Positions 1 to 12,761 of a stretch of DNA of 64,000 nucleotides are shown here, piece by piece. The stretch's first letter is position 1. The number at the start of each line of letters is the position of its first letter. The notes under the pieces were generated by a model. That model was given only the letters and a program-made list of their open reading frames with translations. It was not told the origin of the DNA and ran no database searches. The position numbers and the translations under genes are program-made. Source of the DNA: Octopus sinensis (Eukaryota); contig NC_043019.1 in assembly GCF_006345805.1 (NCBI RefSeq), positions 31,247,360-31,311,359 on the forward strand. Direction: 5' to 3'.

Positions 1-540
1 CATTAATTGAAACGCAAAGATACTGTATTCCAAAGAAATATAGCTCTGAAAGTGTACAAAAATGCTTTACCTTATATTGATAAGGCATGCTATAAATTAA
101 TAACTAAATGAAAATATAATACTTTTGCAACTAACAAAACCAATTCTAAGTAGATTTACATAGCAAATAACACCAAACTACACAAGTGGTGTCTGCAGAC
201 GATGGCAGAGTGAGTACATGCTTGGAAATATCACTGATAGTTGGGTGTCAAAATAATATTATAAACGTTCTGCTGTTCACACCAATAAATCTCAAAATAC
301 ATTGCTGCCGGGTGCTAAGTGGCAGTCGAGTAAGTCTGCTTACAAATTTTGGTAGAAGCAACACCTGAAGAAAAATAGATTTGGCAAGAACGAATCATGA
401 ACTGATTGATGGAAATGATTTTATCAATGACTTATCGATGCAATTTAGTATTCGGTCAATTCTTTGACACGCACAAATTGAAGAATAAAGTGAAACAACA
501 GGTTAATATTTTGGCAATAAAGTAAACAACATTCATTGCA

Positions 541-599
541 GATATATATGTGTGAATATAAATGCATGTGTGTGCATATATATGTGTGTATGTTTATAC

Positions 600-630
<31 letters not shown>

Positions 631-773
631 CATGCATATATGTATGTATATAGATAGATCGATAAATGTGTATATATATATATGTGTGTTTATGTATATT
701 TATACATGCATGATTATATGTATATATATATGTGTGTGTGTGTTTGGTGTGTTCATATATATATATATACATG

Positions 774-806
<33 letters not shown>
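541..806. repeat. (TA)n/(TG)n compound microsatellite
   Basis: Direct reading of dinucleotide runs. Confidence 0.95.
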
Positions 807-808
<2 letters not shown>

Positions 809-1325
809 CAATGAGGGACATAAACAACAGCAGCACCAACAACAACTGAAATCGCAGAAATGGTAGGGATTTAAATACAGGACCGAAATGTATGTAGCGC
901 TTGCTAAATGGTGCAAGAAATGTATGGCATACGATCTCCTTAAAATTAAATTATCCAGAGTAATCGCAGAAAACGTTAAGAAAATGTCTAGCCGAAGGTA
1001 TTCCTATCTTTGCCTTTTTTTTTTCAATTTTTTTCGTACATCAATTCTGAAACCATTTAGTGATATTTCATGTAAATGGTGAGGAAAAACAAAAATTATG
1101 TATGCAATATATATGTATATATGTATATATATATAATGTGCACCTTTTCTCTCTGTTCCCCCAAATACCACGAAACATCACCGAATTTAAGAAATAAAAA
1201 TGTACCTGGTAGAATTTTTTGGAAGGGTTGTGCGCGCTTGAATAAGAAAAATCAATAAGACTTTGAAGCAGACTTAAACTGATGCTGTTGCATAGGATAT
1301 TCATTGAGAGGTATTGGAACAGAAT

Positions 1326-1435
1326 CACTCTCTCCCTCTCCCTGTCACTCTCTCCCCTTTCCCTCTTTCTCTCTCCACCCTCCCTCTCTGTCTCATTCTC
1401 TCTCTCTCTCTCTCTCTTTGCTTGTATTGTTTCAG
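1326..1435 (+). promoter_or_regulatory. CT-rich polypyrimidine tract ending in a candidate splice acceptor (TTTCAG, AG at 1434-1435) upstream of the otoferlin ATG
   Basis: About 95 nt of (CT)-rich sequence followed by TGTATTGTTTCAG. Could equally be a plain microsatellite inside a 5' UTR. Confidence 0.35.
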
Positions 1436-1690
1436 CTGCTACTACAGCATTATCTGTTGCTGCTGTCGCTTCCACAGATGCTGCTGCAACTATTTGCTCA
1501 CTGTTAGGCGAATGGATGACTGCAACTAGATGAGCTTTTACAAGTGACTCGATAATATTTACATAAATTATGCAAAACTCTCTCGGCACTGCCTGTTAAT
1601 TATTAATATAGCTGCTGTGTGCAAAACTTCAGTCTACTGGGTTTCTACTCTTCTGCTCCTCGTTTAACTGATGACCAATCTTAACGGATA

Positions 1691-1769
1691 ATGGCTCTTA
1701 TACTGCATCTCAAAAGTGTTGACAATCTTAGATCAACCTGTAACCGTAAAGCTAAAGTTACTTTCAGAG
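1691..1769 (+). CDS. OTOF: First coding exon of an otoferlin-like (type II ferlin) gene, N-terminus of the C2A domain; partial CDS
   Basis: ATG at 1691 in good context (gataATGG), with an in-frame TAA at 1682-1684. Translates to MALILHLKSVDNLRSTCNRKAKVTFR+G, versus vertebrate otoferlin [27 protein letters not shown] (recalled). Ends at a canonical donor AG|GTAAGA (GT 1770-1771) after 79 nt, phase 1, as in vertebrate OTOF exon 1. Confidence 0.85.
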
Positions 1770-1869
1770 GTAAGAAAACAAAAAAAAAAAAAAATGAATT
1801 ACCAACCCCCTTTTTTTTTCTTTGTTTACTCTTTGTTTGTTGAATTAAAAACAAAATTTTATGTATGCA

Positions 1870-1903
<34 letters not shown>

Positions 1904-2332
1904 CATACATACATTCATACATTTATATATATATATATATAAATAGCATAATGATGAAGATTTGTTTAAAGTGGTGTTAAAGCAATACAAATTCAAAACA
2001 TTTGCATTTCTGGAAAAGAAACTCACCTGTAATTTTGAACCAAACTGCTGCACATTTTGACAAGAGAGAAAGCGATGTACAAACTTGTAAATGTTACCCA
2101 AACTTTATCATTGTTTAAATAACTTGTTTATCAAACTAAAAGAAAATTTTTTTAATTCATTTGTAAAACCTTTGAAGCAAATTTCCTAACTTACATATTT
2201 TTTTTAGTAACTTATAGAGTTTATTGAGTTTGTTTGTTGTTTGTTTTCTAGTTTCATTTTCAACAAAATCAAAAGGAACATTTTCTTTTTATAATGTTTC
2301 GGTATTGTTTTTCCAAGTATACTTTTTTTTTT

Positions 2333-2788
2333 TACTCTTTTTACTTGTTTCAGTCATTTGACTGTGACCATGCTGGAGCACCACCTTTAGTCGAGCAAGT
2401 CGACCCCAGGACTTATTCTTTGTAAGCCTAGTACTTATTCTTTGTAAGCCTAGTACTTATTCTATCAGTCTCTTTTGCCGAACCGCTAAGTTACGGAGGC
2501 ATGTAAACACACCAGAATCGGTTGTCAAGTAATGTTGGTGGGGACAAACACAGACAAACAAACATATACACAAACATATACACACAAACATATACACACA
2601 CGCATATATATATATACATATATATGACGGGCTTCTTTCAGTTTCCGTCTACCAAATCTACTCACAAAGCTTTGGTCGACCTGAAGCTATAGCAGAAGAC
2701 ACTTGCCCAAGGTGCCATGCAGTGGGACTGAACCTGGAACCATGTGGTTGGTAAACAAGCTACTTACCACATCGCCACTCCTACGCCT
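2333..2788 (-). mobile_element. tRNA-derived SINE, family A (head GGCGCAGGAGTGGCTGTGTGG, internal TA/TG microsatellite, tail ACAAGTAAAAGA)
   Basis: Reverse complement of the full copies at 17610, 21305 and 30551. Confidence 0.9.
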
Positions 2789-3711
2789 ATGTGGGTTTTT
2801 TTTTTTGCTTATTTAAGTTCCTTTTTTAATTTTGAAAGAAGAAATTGTTTACATTTTAGGAATAAGGGACTTATGCTTTAAAATTCTTTCATACTTACAA
2901 TCTTAAAAGAATTACATTTGTTTTATAAGTTTGAAAAGAAAAACAAATAACAAAAACAAAATTTTGTTCAAATTAGTTGTTACTGACTCATGGTCCAGGG
3001 TCTGCCAGATATGATAGACCTATATTTTTGTACATCTAGAACTGCCTTGTTCAATGTTTCCATCCTTTTAAAAACACTAAGGTCTGATTTAAGAAAAGAA
3101 GTAACTGCAATTTCTAGCTGGTCAAGTGGTTACATACAACTTCATTTTCCTTCTTTCTTTCTTCTTTTGATTTTTGCTTAAATTAGTTAAAAACAAGTAT
3201 TTAATTAAGTTGTGTAAACTAATTAATTTGTATAAATGGTCACCAGGTGTCTCCAATGCCGGGGTTGGTTATGTGAATGGCCAGTGAAAGTTAATTATAG
3301 ACAGGGTGGAAGACTTGGTGTTTGGAACTACTCACTTAGTGGTAAACGACATATAAGTCTTAGGAATCAGTAATTAGGTGAGCTTTGACAGCGTAAACAG
3401 GGTGAGGCCCTGTGGGAAGATTCAAGGAATATGCTGTATTACTGACACACAGAATACAGATTACCCTAATCAAAAACTTTCATCAAAATAAAGGAAATGT
3501 TTATAAATTCTGAACTAGAATTTCAAACAAGTACTGGACTTGTGTTAATTTTATCATTTTTTCTTTTTATATATTTAGGGAGAAATGAGTTAACTCAAAC
3601 CTTTCATCCTTTCATGGTTGATGAAATAAGTACCAGTTGAGTACTGGGGTCGATGTAATCAATTAGTTCCTTCCCATGGAATTTCAGACCTTGTGCCTCT
3701 ATCTTTTTGTC

Positions 3712-4070
3712 TTTTACTTGTTTCAGTCATTAGACTGTGGCCATGCTGGTGCACAACCATGAAGAATTTTTTGTTGAATGAATCAACCCTGGCACTTATG
3801 TTTTTTTTTAAAGTCTGGTACTTATTCTATCAGTTTCTTTTGTTGAACCACTAGTTTATGGGAATGTAAACAAACCAGCACCAGTTGTCAAGCAGTGGCA
3901 AGGGGACAAAAAGAGACACAAACACACACATATGATGGGCTTCTTTCAGTTTTTGGTCTGCCAGAGGTTCTAGAAGAAGACACCTACCTAAGGTGCCATG
4001 CAGTGGGACTGAACCCAGAACTATGTGCTTGGAAAGCAAGCTGTTTATCACTCATCCACGTGCCTGTGCC
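3712..4070 (-). mobile_element. Degenerate SINE family A copy
   Basis: TTTTACTTGTTTCAGTCA tail and CCAAGGTGCCATGCAGTGGGACTGAACC head motifs. Confidence 0.8.
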
Positions 4071-4209
4071 TTTTGTAGTAAGAATTACTAAATGCAAAGG
4101 AATGAAGTGTGGAAAGTTGATCCAAACATGATTTTAACTTAGATATATGAAGCAGAAAATTATACACTAGGGAAGAAAACAGTTTATTTTGAGTCATGTT
4201 GTTGTTGGT

Positions 4210-4530
4210 GAAGGTATGTGGCTTAGTGGTTAGGGTATGCGGCTCATGGCCGTAAGGTTGTGAGTTCAATTCCTGGTTGCATGCTGTGTCTTTGAGCAAG
4301 ACATTTTATTTCACAATGCTCCATTACACTCTGCTGATAAAAATAAGTCGTACTTGTATTTCAAAGGGCCAACCTTGTCACCTTCTGTGTCATGCAGTAT
4401 CTCCCTGAGAACTACATTAGGGGTGTGCATGTCTGTGGATTGCTTAGCCACTTGCATTTTAAGTTCACAAGCAGAGTGTTTCATTGATTAAATCAACTGG
4501 GACCCTTGTCACCGTAACTGACGAAGTGCC
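4210..4530 (+). mobile_element. tRNA-derived SINE, family C (degenerate)
   Basis: A/B-box-like head (TGGCTTAGTGGTTAGG...GTTCAATTCC). 3' half matches the copy at 13497-13867. Confidence 0.75.
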
Positions 4531-5548
4531 AGTCTTAGAATGTTGTTGTCGCTTAAGGTCAGCGCTGTTCGAATAGCTCTGTGATCTGACCTTCCAACCA
4601 AGCCCATCCTGTTCTTTATTTAAAGAATGAAGGCTGTGACTTGAGGAAGGTTTTAATGCTATTCCTCTGAGATCAAGTGACTACATAGAAGTTCTCTCAT
4701 AGGCTCATGAGAAACCAGTGAGTATTATTGGTACTTGACATCACTGATACCAAAGAGATATAGGAAAGAGAAACTCATGGTTTGAACTCAGTTACGCAAG
4801 GCACCTAACTAGATGCATTATTGCATCCTATCCATTACATCCATACCAACACTGTGGCTCCTATTATGGCCCCCACCATGGCTACCACTACTGTCATTGG
4901 TCTTTGTGTTAAGTATAAAATGCTTATAGCATTAGGGTAAGGGTACACATCAACAAACAAAATCAAATCAGGCATAATAAACAAGAGAATCTCTATGCAA
5001 ACTTACTAGAAATAATAGTCAAGTCTCCCTCAATTCATGCTTTTCCAGCTATCATCAAAAGGAAGAAAGAGGTTAGATTGGAATAATGTACTCTTAGTTT
5101 GATTTACTGTGTCTGTTCAAAAAGATTAGCTGGTCACAAGTGGGGCATCCTTGATCCAAAGATATGATGGGTCAGTGCTGAACCAGAATAAAACAGTACT
5201 CACAACAGCATGATCCTTGAACCAGTGAGGAAGCCTAAATATGGTCACTTGACCTGCTAAATATAGCAGTTAAATTATATTTAAATCACATTGCATCATC
5301 TTAAAGAAAATAAGATATCGAAGAGTATCTTAGATGCATTGTATCTGAAGATAAAAAAATTAATAAATAAGCCAATATAAAGGGGTGGTCATGTGGACCA
5401 ACAAAGGATCCTCTATGTGGTCACTCGATAAGCTAGTAATAACAGCCAAATCTTTTCCTAGCCACCTCTCTATCGTCTGTAAAAGACACATTGTAAAATC
5501 TAGTTTGGGGTACACTTGGTGACAAAAAAAACAGAAGAAAAAGGTGGT

Positions 5549-5584
<36 letters not shown>

Positions 5585-5782
5585 CATGTTCTCATTTACT
5601 TGACTGTTATGTAAAAGTATAACACAAAGGAAAATAAGGGAATTCATTGTTTAACCCAAGGTCAGTATGACTAAGTAGGGCCCTTTGATCAAAGGTCTGC
5701 CTATTCCTGCCATGCCCATCCTGTCTTTTCTTTCAGGGACACAGTCATATAACACGGTATTTCACTTTATAAGAGTGTAGAG

Positions 5783-6040
5783 CAGTGGTTGTCAACCAGG
5801 GTACATATGGTCCTTAGGGAACCATATAGCCCTTTGGGAGTCATATAAGAATTTTGTTGTTAAAATAAATTGGTTATACTTGTATAATACACAAAATATT
5901 TTGATAATTATTTTTTATGCAATTTCTAATAAAATTTGATTATCAAAAATATAATTGGATTCTTTTAAACATAGAATGGTTATGAGGGTCCAAATGAGCA
6001 AAATAGGAAATGAAAGGGTCCATAGGGGGAAAAAAAAGGG
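5783..6040 (+). mobile_element. hAT-like MITE fragment (left end CAGTGGTTGTCAACC)
   Basis: hAT-type terminus CAGTGGTT(C/G)TCAACC preceded by GTGTAGAG. Right terminus not found. Confidence 0.55.
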
Positions 6041-6044
6041 GGAA

Positions 6045-7072
6045 ATTTAGCTGCTATTTCTAGCAGATCAGGTGACCAAGTAGAGGAGTGATTCTCAACC
6101 AGGGTCCGCATGGCCCTTAAGGATCCATATAAGATCTTTGCTAATATTCATCTCCAATAAAGTGGTTATACCTCTACAAGGCACAAAATATTTTAACAGT
6201 CTGAAATGATGAAATTTTAGCTAATATTTCTAGCAGATCAGGTGACCAAGTAGAGCAGTGATTCTCAACCAGGGTCCACATGGCCCTTAAGAATCCATAT
6301 AAGATCTTTTTGTTAAAATTTATGTCCCATAAAGTTGTTATACTTCTACAAGCCAAAGTATTTCAAGTGTGAGAGGGATGACATTTTAGCTGCTATTTCT
6401 TGTAGATCAGGTGACGAAGTAGAGCAGTGATTCTCAACCAGGGTCCACATGGCCCTTAAGGATCCATATAAGATCTTTGCTAAAATTCATCTCCAATAAA
6501 GTGGTTATACCTCTACAAGGCACAAAATATTTTAACAGTCTGAAATGATGAAATTTTAGCTGCTATTTCAAGCAGATCAGGGTCCGCATGGCCCCTAAGG
6601 ATCCATATAAGATTTTTTTGTTAAAATTCATGTCCAATAAAGTGGTTATATCTCTACAAGGCACAAGATATTTTAACAGTCTGAAATGATGAGATTTAGC
6701 TGCTATTTCTAGCAGATCATGTGAACAAGTAGAACAGTGATTCTCAACCAGGGTCCGCATGGCCCTTAAGGATCCATATAAGATCTTTGTTAAAATTCAT
6801 ATCCAATAAAGTGGTTATACCTCTACAAGGCACAAGATATTTTAACAGTCTGAAATTATGAGATTTAGCTGCTATTTCTTGTAGATCAGGTGATCAAGTA
6901 GAGCAGTGATCCTTAACTGGGATCCATATGACTCTTAGGGATCCATATAAGATTTTTTTGTTAAAATTTATGTCCAATAAAGTGGTTATACTTCTACAAG
7001 ACAAAATATTTTAAGTGTGAGAAGGATGACATTTTAGCTGCTATTTCTAGTAGATCAGGTGACCAAGTAGAG
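6045..7072 (+). repeat. ~170-bp minisatellite, about 6 units, one internally deleted; unit = hAT-MITE left end plus adjacent flank
   Basis: GTGATTCTCAACCAGGGTCC recurs near 6088, 6257, 6426, 6737 and 6905. The unit near 6570-6580 lacks this terminus segment. Confidence 0.9.
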
Positions 7073-7166
7073 CCTAACAAGTTGTTGTTATTGTTGTTTA
7101 GCCTTTATGTCAATCTGGCTGAGTAAACCTAAGATCATAGGTGTTCCAGCCTTGAACAATGTTTTA

Positions 7167-8049
7167 TCTTTTACTTGTTTCAGTCATTAGACTATGGCCA
7201 TGCTGGGGCACTGCCTTGACAGATTTAGTTGAACAAATGGACCCCTGTTCTTAGTTTTAAGCCTGTTATTTACTACATCGGTCTCTTCTGTTCAACTACT
7301 AAGTTATGGGGCCGTAAACAAACCAACATCAGTTATCAAGCAGTGGTGGAGAACAAACTCAATGATACATACACACATATACATATGTACATACTTACAT
7401 GTATACATACAAACATGCATAAAATATATACACATACACACGTACATACATGTATATATGTAAACATACCTACCTACATACATACATACATTACATTACA
7501 TACATACGTACATAAATCATACATACATGCCTACATACATACATGTATATATATATAAACATACATACACACGTACATACATTACATTACATACATACAT
7601 ACATGCATACATACATACATACATACATACATCATACATACATAAATCATACATACATACATACATACCTACATACATACATATATACATTACATACATA
7701 CCTACATACTTACATACATTACATTACATACATACATACATTATATTACATACATACCTACATACATACATTACATTTCATACATACATACATACATACA
7801 TACATACATACATACATACATACATACATACATACATACCTACATACATACATACATGTATATATGTAAACATACCTACATACATACATTACATTACATA
7901 CATACATACATAAATCATACATACATGCCTACATACATACATGTATATATATATAAACATACATACACACATATACATATGTACATACTTACATGTATAC
8001 ATACAAACATGCATAAAATATATACACATACACACGTACATACATTACA

Positions 8050-8080
<31 letters not shown>

Positions 8081-8365
8081 CTACATACATTACATACATA
8101 CATTACATACATACCTACATACTTACATACATTACATTACATACATACATACATACATACATTATATTACATACATACCTACATACATACATTACATTTC
8201 ATACATACATACATACATACATACATTTAAAGGACTACTTTCAGTTTCCACCAACTACCAAATCCACTCACAAGGCATTGGTCAGTCTGCAGCAACCGTA
8301 GAAGACACTTTACCCAAGGTATCATGCAGTGAGACTGAACATGTACCCTTGTGGTTGAGAACCAC
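7167..8365 (-). mobile_element. SINE family A copy whose internal microsatellite has expanded to ~860 bp of (CATA)n
   Basis: SINE tail half at ~7167-7368, (CATA)n at 7370-8225, SINE head half (TTTCAGTTTCC...CCCAAGGT...) at ~8228-8365. Confidence 0.8.
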
Positions 8366-9022
8366 CTTTTGTTTTTTATTAATTTTTTACCTTGACACAG
8401 TCTATCTAGAACTGCATTATCTAATGAACCCTTTTGGAAAAAAAAAGAAAGAAAAATCTAGTGTTTTGCATATAATTTGAGGAAGATTTGCCTTCCATTT
8501 CTAGCTGATCAAGCTACCAAGTTGACGCCACCAAGGAGTTACAATTGTTGACTTCTCAGATCAATTAAGACCAAAAACACTCTTACACAATCCAAAATAT
8601 CCCTTTTTTTTTTCATGAAAAAAAAAAGCTTGTAATGTATGATCAGGGGAACACTTGTCTCCTATTTCTAGCTGGTCAACCTATTAAATATAGGCTTCCT
8701 AACTGGCTCAGAATGGGGTATCACTATATATGTCATATTGTACACCATTACTATTTCATCAATAGAGCAGAGTCCCACTCTGCTAATTATTTCTTACACT
8801 GTTATTGTTTTCATGATAGTAACAACCCTACTTTCAGCCTTGGAAATGTCATCCTCTCTTTCTCTTTCTCTCTCTCTTTCTCTCTTTCTCTCTATCATTT
8901 TTCTCTCTTCCTTTCTTCCATCTCTATCAATTCTTTGTTGCTCTTTCCATCTTTTCTCTCTTTCATTGTTCTTCTCTCTCTCTCTTTCTCTCTCTCTCCC
9001 TCTGTTAGCTCTTTTTTATTGA

Positions 9023-9023
<1 letters not shown>

Positions 9024-9062
<39 letters not shown>

Positions 9063-9263
9063 GTCTGTCTATTTATCTATCTATATATTTATTTCTCTCT
9101 CTCTCTATCTCTATCTACTTATATACCTACTGATCCATTCATCCACCCACCTACCTACTTATGTACCTTTTTCCTGCCTGCTTACCTACCTACCACCTAC
9201 CTACTACCTACATACCTACATACATACATACATACATACCTATCCATTCATCTACCTGTCCAG

Positions 9264-9339
<76 letters not shown>

Positions 9340-9589
9340 TTATCTATCTATCTATACACACAGATATATATAAGAAATAGATACATACATAGCTAGGTAG
9401 ATAATTATACACACACATATATACATATAAATTATACACATACATTAAATAAAACTGAATAACTTACATATACATACACACACATACATACATACATACA
9501 TACATACATACATACATACATACATACATACATAAATACCTACATACATATACCTACTTACATGTGTCTGTGTGTGTTTTTGTGTGCGT

Positions 9590-9642
<53 letters not shown>
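9024..9642. repeat. (TATC)n, (CATA)n and (TG)n microsatellite cluster
   Basis: Direct reading. Confidence 0.95.
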
Positions 9643-10116
9643 GCATGTGTTTTCAATTTGATTTGGTAAACCCTATAGATACAACACCTGAACTAATCAC
9701 GTGGATGGGGAGGAGAAGAGGGGTGGGGGTTGAACGGAACAGGTAGAACAGAGAGGAACAGAGTTAATGAATGTCTGCTGACTGCACCACAAATCTCCAT
9801 AAACCTCTGCTAACTCGCATCACCCACACACTACCAACAAAGAACGCCCCCCCTCCAAGTGGTCGCTCAACCGGGTAGAAAAAAAAAACAACACCCAAAT
9901 TTTCTACCAAGTCACATGCAAAGAATACATTAGGATAACGCAGTCCAAGACCAAAACATATAAAAGAGAGGGGGTGGTCATGACTGGAAAGTCTTTTAAT
10001 CATAGATTGTGCACTTAACTGCAACCAACCGACTTACTACTGTTCCCCACCCCCCATCACATTGTCAGTTCTTCCCGCTTTTTTGAGGCTCAGCTATCTG
10101 AAGGTTTCTAAGGGAT

Positions 10117-10830
10117 AGCAGTAGCAGTAGCAGCAGCAGTAGTAATAGTAGTAGTAGTTGTTGTTGTGGTGGTGGTGTTGGTTGTGGTGTTGCTACCAGT
10201 ACTGGTTGTAGTAGTTGTAGTAGTAGTAGTTGTGGTGGTTGTAGTGGCAGTCATGGTGGTGGTGGTGGTGGTAGTGTTGTTGTTGGTGGTGATGCTGGTA
10301 GTAAAAGTTGTTGTGGTGTTGGTGGTGGTGCTGGTACTGGCAGTGGTGGTGATAGGAGTAGTAGTAGTAGTAGTAGTAGTATTGTTGTTGTTGTTGTTGT
10401 TGTTGTGGTGGTGGTGGTGGTGGTGGTAGTGGTGCTGATGCTGGTAGTAGTAGTAGTAGTAGTTGTCATTGTCATTGTTGTTGTTGTGGTGGTGATGGTG
10501 GTGGTGGTGGTTGTGGTTGTGGTGGCGGTGGTGGTTGTGGTGGTGGTGATGGTGGTCGTAGAATTGACAGTGGTGGTGGTTGTGTTTGCAGTTGTTGTGG
10601 TTGTGGTGGTGGTGGTGGTGGTTGTGGTGGTTGTGGTGGTAGTAGTGGTGGTGGTGATGGTGCTGCTGGTAGTAGTAGTAGTAATTGTCATTGTCATCGG
10701 TGGTGTTGTTGTTGTTGTTGTTGTGGTGGTGGTGGTGGTGGTGGTGGTGGTGGTGATGTAGTAGTAGTGGTGGTGGTGGTGGTAGTAGTAGTAGTACTGT
10801 TTTGTTGTTGTTATTGTTGTAGTGGTGATG
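10117..10830. repeat. Compound trinucleotide microsatellite (GTA/GGT/GTT)n
   Basis: Direct reading; explains the poly-H/T/N/V ORFs in the track. Confidence 0.95.
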
Positions 10831-11061
10831 CCTCACTAGTAAATTCTAAGCCTGAGAAAGATCAGCTGACCTCACCACAACTGGGTGATGCTTACTGGTG
10901 TGCACACTTGTTTTCTATGTGCAAAACTCGTGCCTCACATATTTACGATAATCTAGTGACATAGATGCAGAGGAGGGGGGGAAACACTTCTTCCTTCTTT
11001 CTTTCTTTCTTTCTTTTCAATCATTCATTCATTTATAGTACGTTATGCTATAATGCTACAT

Positions 11062-11093
<32 letters not shown>

Positions 11094-11532
11094 CATCATC
11101 ATCATCATCGTCGTTAAAACGTCCGTTCTCCATGCTAGCATGGGTATATATATATATATATATTATATATATATACACATAACACACACACACATATATG
11201 TTATGCATGTATATCTGCATGCATGCATGTTTATGCTTGGTGTCGAAATATCATTTGTTGTTATTATTATATTATTATTATTATCATCATCATTGTATGC
11301 GTGAGAGGTTTGGCAGGATCATTTTTTCCTTTTTTAATATAACATCTTCCCGTTTGTCTCGGTCTTTTGTCAACTTTTACCTGAGGCTTTGATTTTAACA
11401 CTTCTTCCTATGTCATCTTCAGCCTTCCTTTATTGCTGGTAAAAATATATACATGCGTTCATACATACATATATACATACACCCATAGACACACATATTA
11501 TATATAAATATAGTTCAGTATAAATATAGATG

Positions 11533-11583
<51 letters not shown>

Positions 11584-12039
11584 GATGTTGTGGTGTGTGT
11601 GTGTGTGTTGTGTGTGTGTGTGTGTGTATGAGTGGCTGTGTCGTAAGTAGCTTGCTCCTAAACCACATGGTTCCGGGTTCAGTTCTTTCAAAAGGATTAT
11701 ATTTCATTTTATTTTGAATTAATTAGGCTTGGAAATAACTTGTAGAGTTTTTATTGGATATTTGTACCAACTTGGAATAAAGTAACATCTACACTTCCAA
11801 TTATCCTTTTCTTATTATAGTATGTATGTATGTATGTATAGAAGTGCATACACATGAATATACATATAATTATATATGTTGACACAAGACCTACCTAGAC
11901 TTGTGTCTCTAAGCAAGAGACTAGTAGTAGCTTATATTCTTATACTGTGTACTTTGAATGATATTTATCTCTCACTGGAGATTACATATATACATATATA
12001 TATATGTATATGTATATGCATGTGTATGCGTGTGTATAC

Positions 12040-12072
<33 letters not shown>

Positions 12073-12321
12073 TGTGTGTATAGAGATATAAATATAGATG
12101 TAAATATATAATCGCTATCATTGTAAACATTGAAAACACTGGAGAATTAAATATAATAGAATTGGTTGATCCATTTCATTTATCACATGAGATATGTAAA
12201 ATGCTAAAATGTGAAACTCAGTGGCAATTAATGCTTCAGCTAATGTGTGTATATATACATACATTCATATACATATATATGTATATGTCCTGTGTGTTTA
12301 TGTATATATATATAATATATG

Positions 12322-12370
<49 letters not shown>

Positions 12371-12457
12371 TATATATATCTATATTATATATATATATAT
12401 ATATATATGGATAAATGAAAGAATGGAGTCGAACGACGATTTAACAAAATTCCTCTA

Positions 12458-12540
12458 TTTTCGACACATGTTTCGAAGACTGCATATTCTTAATTCCGAA
12501 GGAATAAGGGTGCATTATGCCGTCTTCTCATCAGGAAAGA
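12458..12540 (-). ncRNA. Minimal type I hammerhead ribozyme motif, canonical core
   Basis: Minus strand reads UUUC-CUGAUGA-GAAGAC...GUCUUC-GAAA-C-AUGU-GUC|GAAA: stem I UUUC/GAAA, stem II GAAGAC/GUCUUC, 2-bp stem III with palindromic ACAUGU, GUC cleavage triplet. Confidence 0.75.
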
Positions 12541-12679
12541 CAAGGACTTATGTCAGCATCATGATGAACAAAAAGTTTTAGATGACTGCCCACATGGAGT
12601 CCATAGTAATAATTACTATGGACTCCGTGTGGGCAGTCATCTAACGTTTTTGTTCGTCATGATGCTGACATAATTCCTG

Positions 12680-12761
12680 TCTTTCCAGATGAGAAGACGG
12701 CATAATGCACCCTTTATTCCTTCGAATTAAGAATATGCAGTCTTCGAAACACGTGTCGAAA
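12680..12761 (+). ncRNA. Hammerhead ribozyme motif, U4A core variant (probably impaired)
   Basis: TCTTTC-CAGATGA-GAAGAC...GTCTTC-GAAA-CACGT-GTC|GAAA. Mirror copy of 12458-12540 with CAGAUGA instead of CUGAUGA. Confidence 0.6.

Noticed and set aside
370-470. IDGNDFINDLS, faintly like a hAT transposase C-terminus
   Set aside because: Too short, with no other transposase motifs or termini visible.
2020-2035. Minus-strand donor-like CAG|GTGAGT
   Set aside because: The upstream frame has no recognisable protein similarity and no partner acceptor was identified.
7517-8480. YIHT/MYVC repeat ORFs (also 60260-60940 and similar)
   Set aside because: Translations of (CATA)n and (TA)n arrays.
9700-9730. 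G-rich run and CACGTG E-box in a unique stretch
   Set aside because: Short motifs expected by chance; no evidence of function without conservation or chromatin data.
10108-10836. Long ORFs rich in His/Thr/Asn/Val (242 aa and overlapping frames)
   Set aside because: Entirely trinucleotide microsatellite, open in several frames and both strands, with no splice or domain signal.
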